From IMG/VR virus record IMGVR_UViG_3300050020_000061: 64,000 bases of DNA, one strand, 5' to 3'. Source of the stretch: a virus. Positions 51,301-59,165 of this stretch are shown piece by piece. The translations under genes and the position numbers were made by a program. Below the pieces are notes generated by a model, which worked only from the letters and a program-made list of their open reading frames with translations, was not told the DNA's origin and did no database searches. Position 1 is the first letter of the stretch; the number at the start of each line of letters is the position of its first letter.

Positions 51301-54300
51301 GCCTCCGTAGCCCCCGTAGAGGCCCTGAGGCGGCCCTGTCTGGGACCCCATCGAGGCGCGGAAGATGTCGGCCGTCGCCTGCTGGGCCTTCTGCCCCGCC
51401 TTGGCGGTGACGGACGCGTCCAGAGACGTGGAGACGAAGGCGAGCATGTCCTTCGACAGCCCAGCCGTCACGGCAGCCTGAGCCATCGTCGCCTGCATGT
51501 TCCCGTGGGACTCGTAGGTGGCCTGAGCGAGGGCCGAGGTGGCAGCCGTGGACGTCGACCTGAAGCCGGTCATCTGGTCGACGAACTTGCCAGCCGCCTC
51601 CGACCCGGCGTCGATGCCCTTGCTGGCGAGGGACATCGCCATGCCGTAGACCGTGGTGGCACCGATGACCACGCCGAGGTTCCGAATGATGTTGCCCGTG
51701 CTGGGCTGCATCTTGACCGTGGTGGCTCGGAGATCGTCGAACTTCGAGATCACCTTCCCCAGCTCACCGGGGGCCTTCTTGTACTCCTCGATGGACCTCT
51801 TGATCGAGTCCCGCTCCTTGCCACGGGCACCCATCAGGTCGGCCTGAAGGTTGACGTACTTGTTCAGCTCTGGGGCGGTCTCAGGAGTGACGAGGCCAGA
51901 CAACTGGCGCTGCTGGTGCCGCGCCTCGGTCTGAAGCTGGAGCATCTTGCCCCGGCCACCGAGCCCCATGGAGGCGAGCTGGGCGATGCCGCCTCGCGGG
52001 GTGCGCCCCGACATCACCTGCTGCCACGCGCTCGACTCACCCATGATGTCGGCGAGGGTGCCCTTGAACTCCTTGTAGGCATCAGCCTGCTCGGGGGACA
52101 CCGCTGCGCGACGAGCAGCGCCCATGCGTGCCGAGGCTCCCTGCATCCCACGAGGTGCGCGAGGAGCGCGACCACCACCCATGGCGGCCTGCACGTCAGC
52201 GCCCTGCTGCTCGATCCACTCCTGATACGCGCCGGGGTTGTTGAAGCCACCGGCCGGAACGGTCGGTCCAGCGGTCGGCGTGGCCTGAGGGCGATGACGA
52301 GGCGAGACCCTCTCGGTGGGCGGACGCGAAGCCTCGCGGCTCCGCATCAGGGCGTCGTGCTCGCGCTGCCAGACGGGATCACCGAACAGGGCAGGACCGC
52401 TCGTGAGCTGCTCGTCCGTGAACTTCCGGCCGCCTCTGCCGGGGCCAGCCGTGGCGACACTGGGCTGCTTGGCCGCCCTCTGCACGGGGAGGATCAAGCC
52501 AGTGAAAGCCGCCTGCAGCTTCTCGGCGGCGAGCGCCATCTCGTTGATGGGGGCCGCCATCTTGCCTGCGGCCTCGGCGGCCGGAGTCAGGATCGGGCCC
52601 GTGGACACTCCGGCTCCGGGCTTGGTGAGGCCCAGCGATGCCAGAGTGGCGGTCGACGGGGCGAAGGAGGGGCCCGGAGGAGGCGTGCGCGGGATGGCGA
52701 ACATGTTCTGGGGGGTGCGGAGACCACCGTGCAGGGTCTCGAACTCCCTCGCAGCACGCTCCCTGATCTTCTTGTAGGGGTCGACCTTGCTCTGCTGGAA
52801 GGCGGCCTCGAGCGTCTCCCCTCCGTCCTGACGATGGGGCACGAGGTGCATCAGGCGGTTGGGGACGATGATCCCGTCCTCGGGGGGCGCGAACAGGCTG
52901 TTCGGCTTCTGGCCGATCACCTGCATGCCGCCCTGCGCCTTCGGGATCTGGTCCATGACCTTCTTGGGGATCAGGGGCGTCAGGGGCTTGGGGACGAACA
53001 GCTCCCTGCCAATCTCGCCGACGATGTACAGGCCCTTGCCGCCGGGAGACAGTTCCTTCGCGGGAAGGTTGTTCTCGAGCGCACGTCGCACCCATGGCGA
53101 CATGACGGGACCACCGCCCTCGCGACCAGTGAACTTCGCGAAGATCTCGGCTGCCCGCATGCGCTGCGGATCCACCCGCTCGAGCGAGCGGTTGGCCGAG
53201 GCAATCCGGGTGAGCCCGGGGCTCTCGATCAGTCCGCCGATGGCGCGAACTGCCGCCTCCGCGTCGGTGCCGGTGGCACGGAGCCGGAGCTGGTCACCCT
53301 GCCGCGCACCCAGCGCCAGCAGGTGGTGCATGTACTTCGCGTCGACCACGCCGCGCTGCGGCATGCCACGGGTCAGGTTCTCGACGCTGATGAAGGCGTC
53401 GAAATCGGCCGCCATCCTCGCGAGGTGGGCCGAGGGACGCATGTGGAGGCCGAGCTGGTCCGCGACCGTGAAGAGATGGCTGACCGGCCCTCCGCCCTCG
53501 CGGTAGATCTTCGGGGGGAGCTTCGACGTGCGGGCGCGCTTCAACCACTCGGGCTCGAAGGGCTCGACCGGCTTCGGCATCTCGACCTTCGGAGGCTCGG
53601 GCAGGCCGAGGATGCGGCGCTGCAGTGGGCCCAGAACGGGGCCCCCCTCGGCGTGCCCTCCCTTGGTCCAGTTGGTGCCGTAGACGCCGCGCATGTAGTT
53701 CCCGGCCAAGGCCCGAGTCCAACGTCGGGGGTCATTGAGACTCCCCATGGTCTCGTTCCAGCGCCGGTCGCCGACCAGCGTGCCACCCGTGAAGGGAAGA
53801 GGCGCTCCGACGAAGTCCTCGTTCAGGCGGGGAGGTCCGACACGCTCGATACGCTTGGGATTGAAGACACCAGCGCGGTACTGGCGCAGGCGCTCGCGAC
53901 GACGCTCCCAGTCGCGGTTCGGCACGTACCCGCCGCGAGCCTTGTGCTGGTCCGCCTGCTGCTGCCACGCCATGATCGCCATGAAGGGATCGTTGGCCCA
54001 GTCGGCAGCGGTCTGGAACATGGACGAGACGAACCCGGGCTTGGCGATCTGGTTGAGGGGCGGAGTCATGCCCCCCAGAGCAGGGCCACCAGCGGCCCGA
54101 TGGAAGGGGATCTCGAGCCCCGGATGACGCGGGATCGAGATGCCGCGCTGGGTCCTGAGCCAGTCCGTGCCGAGGCCAGCGCCCTTGTGGGCGGCGTTGA
54201 CGTTCGTGTCGAGGCCAGACCAGAGGATGGCCTGAAACTCGCTCAGGTTGTGGAGGTCCCACCGCTTCGCGTACTCGGGGTAGAGATCCTCCATCGCCCC

Positions 54301-57300
54301 GATGCCGAGCTTGCGGATCATGTCGCTCCCGGCGGGAGCCTTCCAGAAGGTCTTGCTGTTCGGGCCGGTGTGGCGACGAGCAGCGGTGATGATCTGGGAC
54401 ATGCGGGAGTCGTAGGTGATGGCGTTCGGATCGAGGCCAGTGATGTTCTGGAACATCGCGCCGCGCTTGGGCCCAGTCGGAGAGCCCTCGCGGCCCATCA
54501 AGAACGCCCATGCGTCCTCGATGGGGCCAAGGCCCCGACCGGCGGAGAAGGACGTCTCGCCGAACCCGGGCACGTTGGAGCTGCCGGAGGTCTGGGGGAC
54601 TCCGGTCTCGAGCAGGTGACGGACGATGGCGCGGTTGGAGCGCCACTCCTGCCCCGACGATGCGGCAGCGAACGCGCCGAGCCCCGACAGGGCATCCATC
54701 CCGAGGGACTGCCAGCTCGTCTTCCCGCCGATGATCGGGTCCATGAGGTCGCCCACGGCCTGCGCGTGAGCGATGGTCCACCAGTCCCGGGCCTCGTTGA
54801 CCACCTCGGGCTTGATCGTCTCGGCGTGGGCACGGATGTTCGCATGGAGATCGCGGGCGTTCTCAGGCAGCCGCATCAGGCCACGGAGGGGGTTCTTGGG
54901 AGTGGAGGATGGCACCACCCAGCCGCCGTCAGCTCGGAGGCCGATGCTGCTGGGGGCGAGGAGAGCGCCGCGAGGGGCGTCGACCGGCGAGCCCGAGAGG
55001 CCCACCAGCTTGTAGTGGCGCTTGCTCTGGGGACCGCTGCTGATCGCGTAGGCGGGCACGGTCTCGAGACCCAGTCGACGAGCCACGGCGAGGCGATGAT
55101 TGCCATCGTCGACCATGGCCGCGTGGTGCGACGGGTCGTAACGCAGGGCGATGGGCTTCTGGATGCCACGCGCCGCGATGTCGCCGGTCAGCTCACCGAG
55201 ATCGGTGGCACCCTGTCCGGTGCGTGGGTACGTCTCCCGGTCCTCGCGGAGCAGGGGCAGCAGAGTCGACAGGCGGACGTTCTCGACCATTCCCCCCGAC
55301 TCGCGCTTGCGGCCAGCCATGATGAGCTGTTGGATCCGCTCGGCGTTGGCGCGCAGCTTGTGGCCGCTGGTCGGGATCTCGTCGAACCGCTTCAGGTCGA
55401 AGAACGCGAGCTGCGCCTTGGCGCGAGCGACCATGTCTGCTTCGCGCTTGCGGCCAAGGACAGCGGCGGGGTCGATGTGGATCTGGCCCTCGTGGAGCCA
55501 CGTGCCGACGTACGGCGGGAAGCTGCCAGCCGCGAGCTGGGACTGCTTCTGGGCGTTGAACTGCTTCAGGAAGTCGCGGAAGTTGTTGGGGTCCTCGACG
55601 AGGTGCGACGTCCCGGTCGCGATGCCGACGGCGTAGCCCTTGGGCGGCTGCGGCCCACCGGAGAGCGGGAAGGTGCCGCCCTCGTTCTCCATCGTGGCCC
55701 GGTAGGCCATGGCCCCGAACCCGGCCTTCTTGATGTTCCGCAGGATCCGCCACGACTCGATCTCGCCAGCAGCGTTGTGGAGCTGCACGGCATAGCCGCG
55801 TCCGACAGGAGCCACGCCCACATACCCGCCCGGGGCGGAGTGGTCCTGATAGTGGTTGATCGTGTCCTGAATGGCGTGGTAGAGCCCCTCGGGACGCGGG
55901 GCGTAGTGGCCCCCGCCACCGGGCAGTCGGCTGATCTCGACCGCGCCACCGCGAGCGCGGAAGCGCACGCCGGGGCGGTCGGGAATGAACTGGTTCTCAC
56001 CGAATGCTGGGGCAGGCTGGGGAACGTGAGCGCGAGGCTGAGTCGAAGGGTTCCATTCCGAGGTGGCAGTCCATGGACCGTTCTCCCCATAGGAGACACG
56101 TCGCATCTGCTCCTGCGGGTCGTTGCGGCGCTGCGCTCGGGTCCGGGCCCTCGTCGGGAGAGGCTGGCCGAACGCAGGAGGCTCACGCCGTGGGGCTCGG
56201 GCGGCTGCAGCCATTTCGATGGGTGACAGCGACGGGCCGGGGAGCGGGGGGACATTGCCCAGCCCACCCCACGGCCTGCCGCCCGCCAGAGTCTCTGGCC
56301 GATGCGCGAACGAGATGTGAGCATCGAGACCGGACTGGGCGAGGAATGGACCGGCCGCCGTGCCGCACGTGGGGCACAGGAGGTTCTGGCTCTGACGGAT
56401 GGCCTGCGCTCGGGCTCGCTGGACAGGATCGTATGTCGTGGGGCCTTGGCCGGATGCTGCCTGCCTGCGCTGGTACTCCAGCGTGTAACGGTCGTACTCT
56501 TCCTCCCGCCGTGCCGTGGACAGGATGCGGGCATCGACGGGCCGGTCCCCGAAGATCTTCCCGAACGGACGATCCTTCTGCGCCCAGAACGCCTTGCCGC
56601 GTGTGAGCTGGACGCTCGAGGGGGCGATGGGCCTGCCGGTGAACCGCTCCGTCTTGACGTAGGCGGCTGTCGCCAGACCCTTCCTGCGGTGCTCGACACC
56701 CGTGATCGAGTAATCAGGGTGGAAGCTCCCTGCGGGAGTGGGGACGCCCCACTGCTCAGGATCTGACCTGTAGCTGAAGGGGAAGGTCGCCGCGACCTTG
56801 TCGCCCTTCATGACGATAGCGACGAGCCCCGCTGCATAGTCCTTGGACAGGATCACGGGCTTCTTGACGGGCTTGAACCCGGGCCCGGGCTTGTCCAGCC
56901 GCCCACCGAAGTTGCGGATGTCGAAGTCGTTGCTCTGGGGGCTGTAGAACTCGATGTGGTAGCCCTTGGGGAGACCACCCTTGTGGGCTGGCCCGCCATG
57001 GGCACGAGCGGAGATGTTCTCTCCACCCTGCAGCTTGGCCGCAAGAAGCTCCAACTGGCGGATCTCGGACTCGCTGTAGCCGCCACGGTTGGCGGCCACA
57101 CGGCGCTTGCCACGCTGCTGGATCTGGTACTCGAGGGCAGCCAGCTCCGCTTCCGCCTTCCGCAGGCGAGCCTGTTCCCTGTGATAGGCGTTGATGTCAG
57201 GCAGAACCATGCCCGATGAACGCGGGCGAATGATCTCAGGCCCGCGCTCCCCCACCAGAACGTCACGTCCCTGCTGAACAGCGCCACCATGGGCCCGGGT

Positions 57301-57738
57301 GGGCAGGTTGTTGCGAACGGCCGTCTCAACGGCTCTGGCAGCCCCTGAGCGCGTTCCAATGGCCGGGGTAGAGACCGCCGAGACCACGCTCTTCGCTTCG
57401 GCCGCGATGGCCTTCGACATCTGCGGAGTGATGGTGATCGGGATGGAGCCGAGGCCCTTGATGATCTGGGCGCGGAGAGAGGCGAGGCTCTCCGCGTTGA
57501 CCGTCAGGGGGACGTTGACAGCCTGCATCTGGGCAGGGGTGCCCCCGGCGACGGCTCGCCCGCCACCGGCTACCTGTGCCCCACCCAGCGCCTTCATCCC
57601 GCCCGCGCCGGAGACGGCCCTCTCGGCAGCGGCCGTGAAGGCATTCATCGACGCGGTCGCCTTATCGGCTCCGCCCGCAAACCCAGAGGCGTCCAGCGTG
57701 AGCCTGACGCCGATGGTCTCGACTTCCGTGTTGCCCAT
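48385..57738 (-). CDS. tape measure protein, 3117 aa, with an N-terminal about 1500-aa array of globular modules
   Basis: It sits between the G/G-T chaperones and the minor tail genes. The C-terminal half is Ala/Gly/Gln-rich and helical, with a glycine-zipper segment and MIVGEAGPETVAIIRN / AMIGEAGSEAVAILRN motifs. The N-terminal half carries the GNAT-like, Zn-finger, ParB-like and HPr-like modules listed separately. No stop or frame break across 9354 nt. Confidence 0.85.
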   Translation of the reverse strand: MGNTEVETIGVRLTLDASGFAGGADKATASMNAFTAAAERAVSGAGGMKALGGAQVAGGGRAVAGGTPAQMQAVNVPLTVNAESLASLRAQIIKGLGSIPITITPQMSKAIAAEAKSVVSAVSTPAIGTRSGAARAVETAVRNNLPTRAHGGAVQQGRDVLVGERGPEIIRPRSSGMVLPDINAYHREQARLRKAEAELAALEYQIQQRGKRRVAANRGGYSESEIRQLELLAAKLQGGENISARAHGGPAHKGGLPKGYHIEFYSPQSNDFDIRNFGGRLDKPGPGFKPVKKPVILSKDYAAGLVAIVMKGDKVAATFPFSYRSDPEQWGVPTPAGSFHPDYSITGVEHRRKGLATAAYVKTERFTGRPIAPSSVQLTRGKAFWAQKDRPFGKIFGDRPVDARILSTARREEEYDRYTLEYQRRQAASGQGPTTYDPVQRARAQAIRQSQNLLCPTCGTAAGPFLAQSGLDAHISFAHRPETLAGGRPWGGLGNVPPLPGPSLSPIEMAAAARAPRREPPAFGQPLPTRARTRAQRRNDPQEQMRRVSYGENGPWTATSEWNPSTQPRAHVPQPAPAFGENQFIPDRPGVRFRARGGAVEISRLPGGGGHYAPRPEGLYHAIQDTINHYQDHSAPGGYVGVAPVGRGYAVQLHNAAGEIESWRILRNIKKAGFGAMAYRATMENEGGTFPLSGGPQPPKGYAVGIATGTSHLVEDPNNFRDFLKQFNAQKQSQLAAGSFPPYVGTWLHEGQIHIDPAAVLGRKREADMVARAKAQLAFFDLKRFDEIPTSGHKLRANAERIQQLIMAGRKRESGGMVENVRLSTLLPLLREDRETYPRTGQGATDLGELTGDIAARGIQKPIALRYDPSHHAAMVDDGNHRLAVARRLGLETVPAYAISSGPQSKRHYKLVGLSGSPVDAPRGALLAPSSIGLRADGGWVVPSSTPKNPLRGLMRLPENARDLHANIRAHAETIKPEVVNEARDWWTIAHAQAVGDLMDPIIGGKTSWQSLGMDALSGLGAFAAASSGQEWRSNRAIVRHLLETGVPQTSGSSNVPGFGETSFSAGRGLGPIEDAWAFLMGREGSPTGPKRGAMFQNITGLDPNAITYDSRMSQIITAARRHTGPNSKTFWKAPAGSDMIRKLGIGAMEDLYPEYAKRWDLHNLSEFQAILWSGLDTNVNAAHKGAGLGTDWLRTQRGISIPRHPGLEIPFHRAAGGPALGGMTPPLNQIAKPGFVSSMFQTAADWANDPFMAIMAWQQQADQHKARGGYVPNRDWERRRERLRQYRAGVFNPKRIERVGPPRLNEDFVGAPLPFTGGTLVGDRRWNETMGSLNDPRRWTRALAGNYMRGVYGTNWTKGGHAEGGPVLGPLQRRILGLPEPPKVEMPKPVEPFEPEWLKRARTSKLPPKIYREGGGPVSHLFTVADQLGLHMRPSAHLARMAADFDAFISVENLTRGMPQRGVVDAKYMHHLLALGARQGDQLRLRATGTDAEAAVRAIGGLIESPGLTRIASANRSLERVDPQRMRAAEIFAKFTGREGGGPVMSPWVRRALENNLPAKELSPGGKGLYIVGEIGRELFVPKPLTPLIPKKVMDQIPKAQGGMQVIGQKPNSLFAPPEDGIIVPNRLMHLVPHRQDGGETLEAAFQQSKVDPYKKIRERAAREFETLHGGLRTPQNMFAIPRTPPPGPSFAPSTATLASLGLTKPGAGVSTGPILTPAAEAAGKMAAPINEMALAAEKLQAAFTGLILPVQRAAKQPSVATAGPGRGGRKFTDEQLTSGPALFGDPVWQREHDALMRSREASRPPTERVSPRHRPQATPTAGPTVPAGGFNNPGAYQEWIEQQGADVQAAMGGGRAPRAPRGMQGASARMGAARRAAVSPEQADAYKEFKGTLADIMGESSAWQQVMSGRTPRGGIAQLASMGLGGRGKMLQLQTEARHQQRQLSGLVTPETAPELNKYVNLQADLMGARGKERDSIKRSIEEYKKAPGELGKVISKFDDLRATTVKMQPSTGNIIRNLGVVIGATTVYGMAMSLASKGIDAGSEAAGKFVDQMTGFRSTSTAATSALAQATYESHGNMQATMAQAAVTAGLSKDMLAFVSTSLDASVTAKAGQKAQQATADIFRASMGSQTGPPQGLYGGYGGVLGSALFAEQMGGGKGFMETVAGQFSGYSKAETGGNGVTGTLNQIATGANYVTSPNEQAYIDYKAKAAGMATPGDVGASTAIGGVGGALAGAAIGSILPGPGTAIGAIAGALIGSIGAGNYSSNYQMTPEQKAAQLPKFDANIGMGQIDVNARTNALNDLGSAADRAGKNMEVSGKKSVKVTWEVAKSWDEVDKAVAIATKAGDTYSANLAMQSNIVMKVNGQIVDSSKTAADQIKQHQDAIEQTAAGKNLVDPGVWAQLNIRQLQAQQQSRQAQQQLTMALEIPFQMTQNLLQQPLVAPGLGFFKGAETGRPSATATGLTGPAAGMAQQSLASTAAANSQLAAISGKGLFEALTKVGQFNPASLPDFAVLAIQANVSSAKIADLTTKMGKLNQEASQFNWDNQIRLASRAVGDALGAISGAGIKNTSGVSGTATQLGIWQGMSHKLDIMNQSLSLQLQQRSITTALAQAQFSAPGQTGEERYFAQVEAIQKASIQQQQLNIATQQFDLGQKIWNENANRAALDASKAITNMQLARNAEGYAITAQENIAKQQAILATKVAGMNAILGTATGNWSDALSAAAQGVGQFAGSVKDGVKAVYEALGYTKTTDKSGNTVLTAPTSGFGSTGTPVVVVPGYAPVSSGGGGGGKKNAAGFLGSIGHATEMIVGEAGPETVAIIRNARPLTGNNGPTDVALTDTNINAWMRAIQTSFPKVVLADASVASLAKAISDLQAAATPTVPGDNPKAANPKVAAPSFSPSTTANLPKNERLDRFAAALAKNTGLTVEASRKWAQAEVGPLNNLGIMKGPGQPAGFATPEAGAAAAANLIKSSSYYSGIMGTVGQSANAQLNAIARSPWHLGPGGLAKAGGVDPYYKRIFGIASGAVGITSMPTHAMIGEAGSEAVAILRNPRAATLAPSGGGVGPMNLTVNITGTSVRNDQDITDLARQVAAEVEKTLARKGQMFGLRGPAV
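53218..53483 (-). other. HPr (PTS phosphocarrier)-like domain inside the tape-measure ORF
   Basis: HLFTVADQLGLHMRPSAHLARMAADFDAFISVENLTRGMPQRGVVDAKYMHHLLALGARQGDQLRLRATGTDAEAAVRAIGGLIE. This aligns by eye along its whole length with E. coli and B. subtilis HPr (GLHxRPA with His15, vdAKS, LG-x3-G, G-x-DE). The Ser46 position is Tyr. Confidence 0.75.
55048..55288 (-). other. ParB/Srx-like nuclease-fold domain inside the tape-measure ORF
   Basis: VENVRLSTLLPLL...GIQKPIALRYDPSHHAAMVDDGNHRLAVARRLGLETVPAYAI. The DGxHRxxAxxxxGxxxVP core is present. Confidence 0.55.
56302..56380 (-). other. C2H2-like zinc finger inside the tape-measure ORF
   Basis: LLCPTCGTAAGPFLAQSGLDAHISFAH. Confidence 0.45.
56551..56964 (-). 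other. GNAT acetyltransferase-like domain inside the tape-measure ORF
   Basis: GYHIEFYSPQSNDF...GLVAIVMKGDKVAATF...ITGVEHRRKGLATAAYVKTERF. The last segment fits GNAT motif A (V-x2-h-RRKG-h-A). Confidence 0.45.
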
Positions 57739-57755
57739 GATCGCCTCGCCGCGAT

Positions 57756-58333
57756 CTACACCGCCTCACCCGTGTGAGACTCAGCGTTGAAATCTATGAC
57801 GTCGCCGTCCGTGGGTAGTCTGTCGCCTTCGGTGGCGATGGTGTTTCCCTTCACCCAATCCTCGCGCAAGGCGAGGTAATAGTGAAAAGGGAGGCCAGCT
57901 ACCTCGTGAGGCCATTTCCCGTACTGGCGGGCAATACGGAAGATGAGATCACGAGTGGTCAGGCGTTTCCCTTGGGGGTCTCCTCGGCCTCGTCCGACTC
58001 CGGCTTCTCGACCTTCTTGCCCTCCGGCTCGTCACCGTAGTGCATCTTGTTGACGGTCTGGTTGAGCTTCAGGACCACGCGCATCGGGAGGCTCGAGAGC
58101 GCCTCCGCAGTGAGCTTCGGGTCGAAGGCGCACTTGAGGACCATCATCTTGAGGAGGACGGCGTTGTCGATGCTCTCGACGTCCTCGCCCGTCAGGGGGT
58201 TGGTGGTCTTCTTGGAGGCCTTGGTCACCAGATCGTCGTACTCCCCGATGGAGAGTTCGCGCAGGTGGTAGATGGTGCCACGGATGTTGACCTCCTCCTC
58301 GAGGAAGTCGGGTGTCAGCGTTCGACCGGCCAT
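57756..58333 (-). CDS. tail assembly chaperone frameshift product (gpG-T-like), made by a -1 shift at 57965-57971
   Basis: The -1 frame continues as ...KGN|RLTTRDLIFRIARQYGKWPHEVAGLPFHYYLALREDWVKGNTIATEGDRLPTDGDVIDFNAESHTGEAV to TAG at 57756-57758. This extension is absent from the ORF track because it has no start codon. Confidence 0.7.
57959..58333 (-). CDS. tail assembly chaperone (gpG-like)
   Basis: 124 aa, acidic C-terminus, directly upstream of the tape measure, with a slippery heptamer just before its stop. Confidence 0.75.
   Translation of the reverse strand: MAGRTLTPDFLEEEVNIRGTIYHLRELSIGEYDDLVTKASKKTTNPLTGEDVESIDNAVLLKMMVLKCAFDPKLTAEALSSLPMRVVLKLNQTVNKMHYGDEPEGKKVEKPESDEAEETPKGNA
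57965..57971 (-). promoter_or_regulatory. -1 programmed ribosomal frameshift slippery heptamer G GGA AAC
   Basis: X XXY YYZ in the zero frame (aaG GGA AAC gcc tga). Lambda G-T uses G GGA AAG. Confidence 0.7.
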
Positions 58334-58650
58334 ATCGTCACCTTCTCTATCAGTAGGCTCCGGCCTTCGCGCACCGTTCGCGAGTCGTCGGCCAACTCGA
58401 GCCTGTACTGCTTGTGGGGATTGAGGTTGAGGACAAAGACCTTGTCGTATTCAGGGTCGTTCCACAACGCATCGCTCAGAAATGAGAAGACGGCGTGGAG
58501 ATCGTAGAAGCCCGCTTCCGGGCCTTGATCCCCACGCCGCTGAAGAGTCCACGACTGCAGTTCCCCAACCTTCGCTCCAAGGAAGGGAACTTCTACGGTT
58601 CCGGCGGGCTTGAAGATCCCTGACCGGATGGTCTTGAACAGATAACCCAT
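58315..58650 (-). CDS. hypothetical tail-module protein (111 aa)
   Basis: ATG 58650 after AAAGGGA. Lies between the tube genes and the chaperone. Confidence 0.55.
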   Translation of the reverse strand: MGYLFKTIRSGIFKPAGTVEVPFLGAKVGELQSWTLQRRGDQGPEAGFYDLHAVFSFLSDALWNDPEYDKVFVLNLNPHKQYRLELADDSRTVREGRSLLIEKVTIWPVER

Positions 58651-58666
58651 CGCAATCCCTTTGTCG

Positions 58667-58713
58667 TGCTGGAGGCGGCAGCAGCCGGGAGGGGCCTAGT
58701 TAGCCGCCTCCAG
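58667..58713 (-). terminator. 12-bp stem-loop immediately after the major tail gene (attenuator/terminator candidate)
   Basis: GCTGGAGGCGGC (58667-58678) pairs with GCCGCCTCCAGC (58702-58713) around a 23-nt loop. Confidence 0.45.
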
Positions 58714-58739
58714 CGCGGATGTTACGGGCTAACCGAGGC

Positions 58740-59165
58740 TCAGAGAGACCCGGCGTTGAACACGGTCCACGCCCCGGCAGCCTTGAAGTTGCCGGTCGTC
58801 TTGATCGCGTCCGAGATGGACGCGGTGATCGCGGCGTCGATGAGGCTCGGGCCGTAGCCGACGAGCATCTCGAAGCCTGCGCGGTCGTCCGCGTAGAGAT
58901 AGACGTCGATGCTGTCGCTCGCCGCCGCGTTGACCTCGTAGTCACCGCTCACGTCGAGGATCCCGGCGAACGTGCCGGAGACGTCGCGAAGACCCACGAG
59001 GTAGGTTTTGTTCGTGTCGCCGAAGACGGTCGCGTCGACGAAGTCGCGGTTGAGGTTGAGCGTCCACTCGGTCTTCGTCGAGACCTTCTTGCCGACGCCC
59101 TTGGGGCCCCAGAAGTAGATCGCGCCGTTTTTGCCGTGGAGCTTCTTGCCGTCGCCTGTTGCCAT
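58740..59165 (-). CDS. major tail (tube) protein, copy 2
   Basis: 141 aa. MATGDGKKLHGKNGAIYF...DVSGTFAGILDV...TTGNFKAAGAW. Position is typical for a siphovirus tube protein. Confidence 0.7.
   Translation of the reverse strand: MATGDGKKLHGKNGAIYFWGPKGVGKKVSTKTEWTLNLNRDFVDATVFGDTNKTYLVGLRDVSGTFAGILDVSGDYEVNAAASDSIDVYLYADDRAGFEMLVGYGPSLIDAAITASISDAIKTTGNFKAAGAWTVFNAGSL

Noticed and set aside
49966-56226. 2086-aa ORF on the plus strand, together with many other 100-640-aa ORFs such as 44067-45974 (+), 42288-43556 (+), 20347-21327 (-), 27406-28422 (-) and 16967-17860 (-).
   Set aside because: These are antisense or off-frame shadow ORFs, which are typical of GC-rich DNA. Their products are Arg/Gly/Pro/Ala-rich with no motifs. 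They lack GGAGG ribosome-binding sites. They lie entirely within genes on the other strand or frame that have recognisable domains (tape measure, giant tail protein, Topo VI-A-like, ERF).
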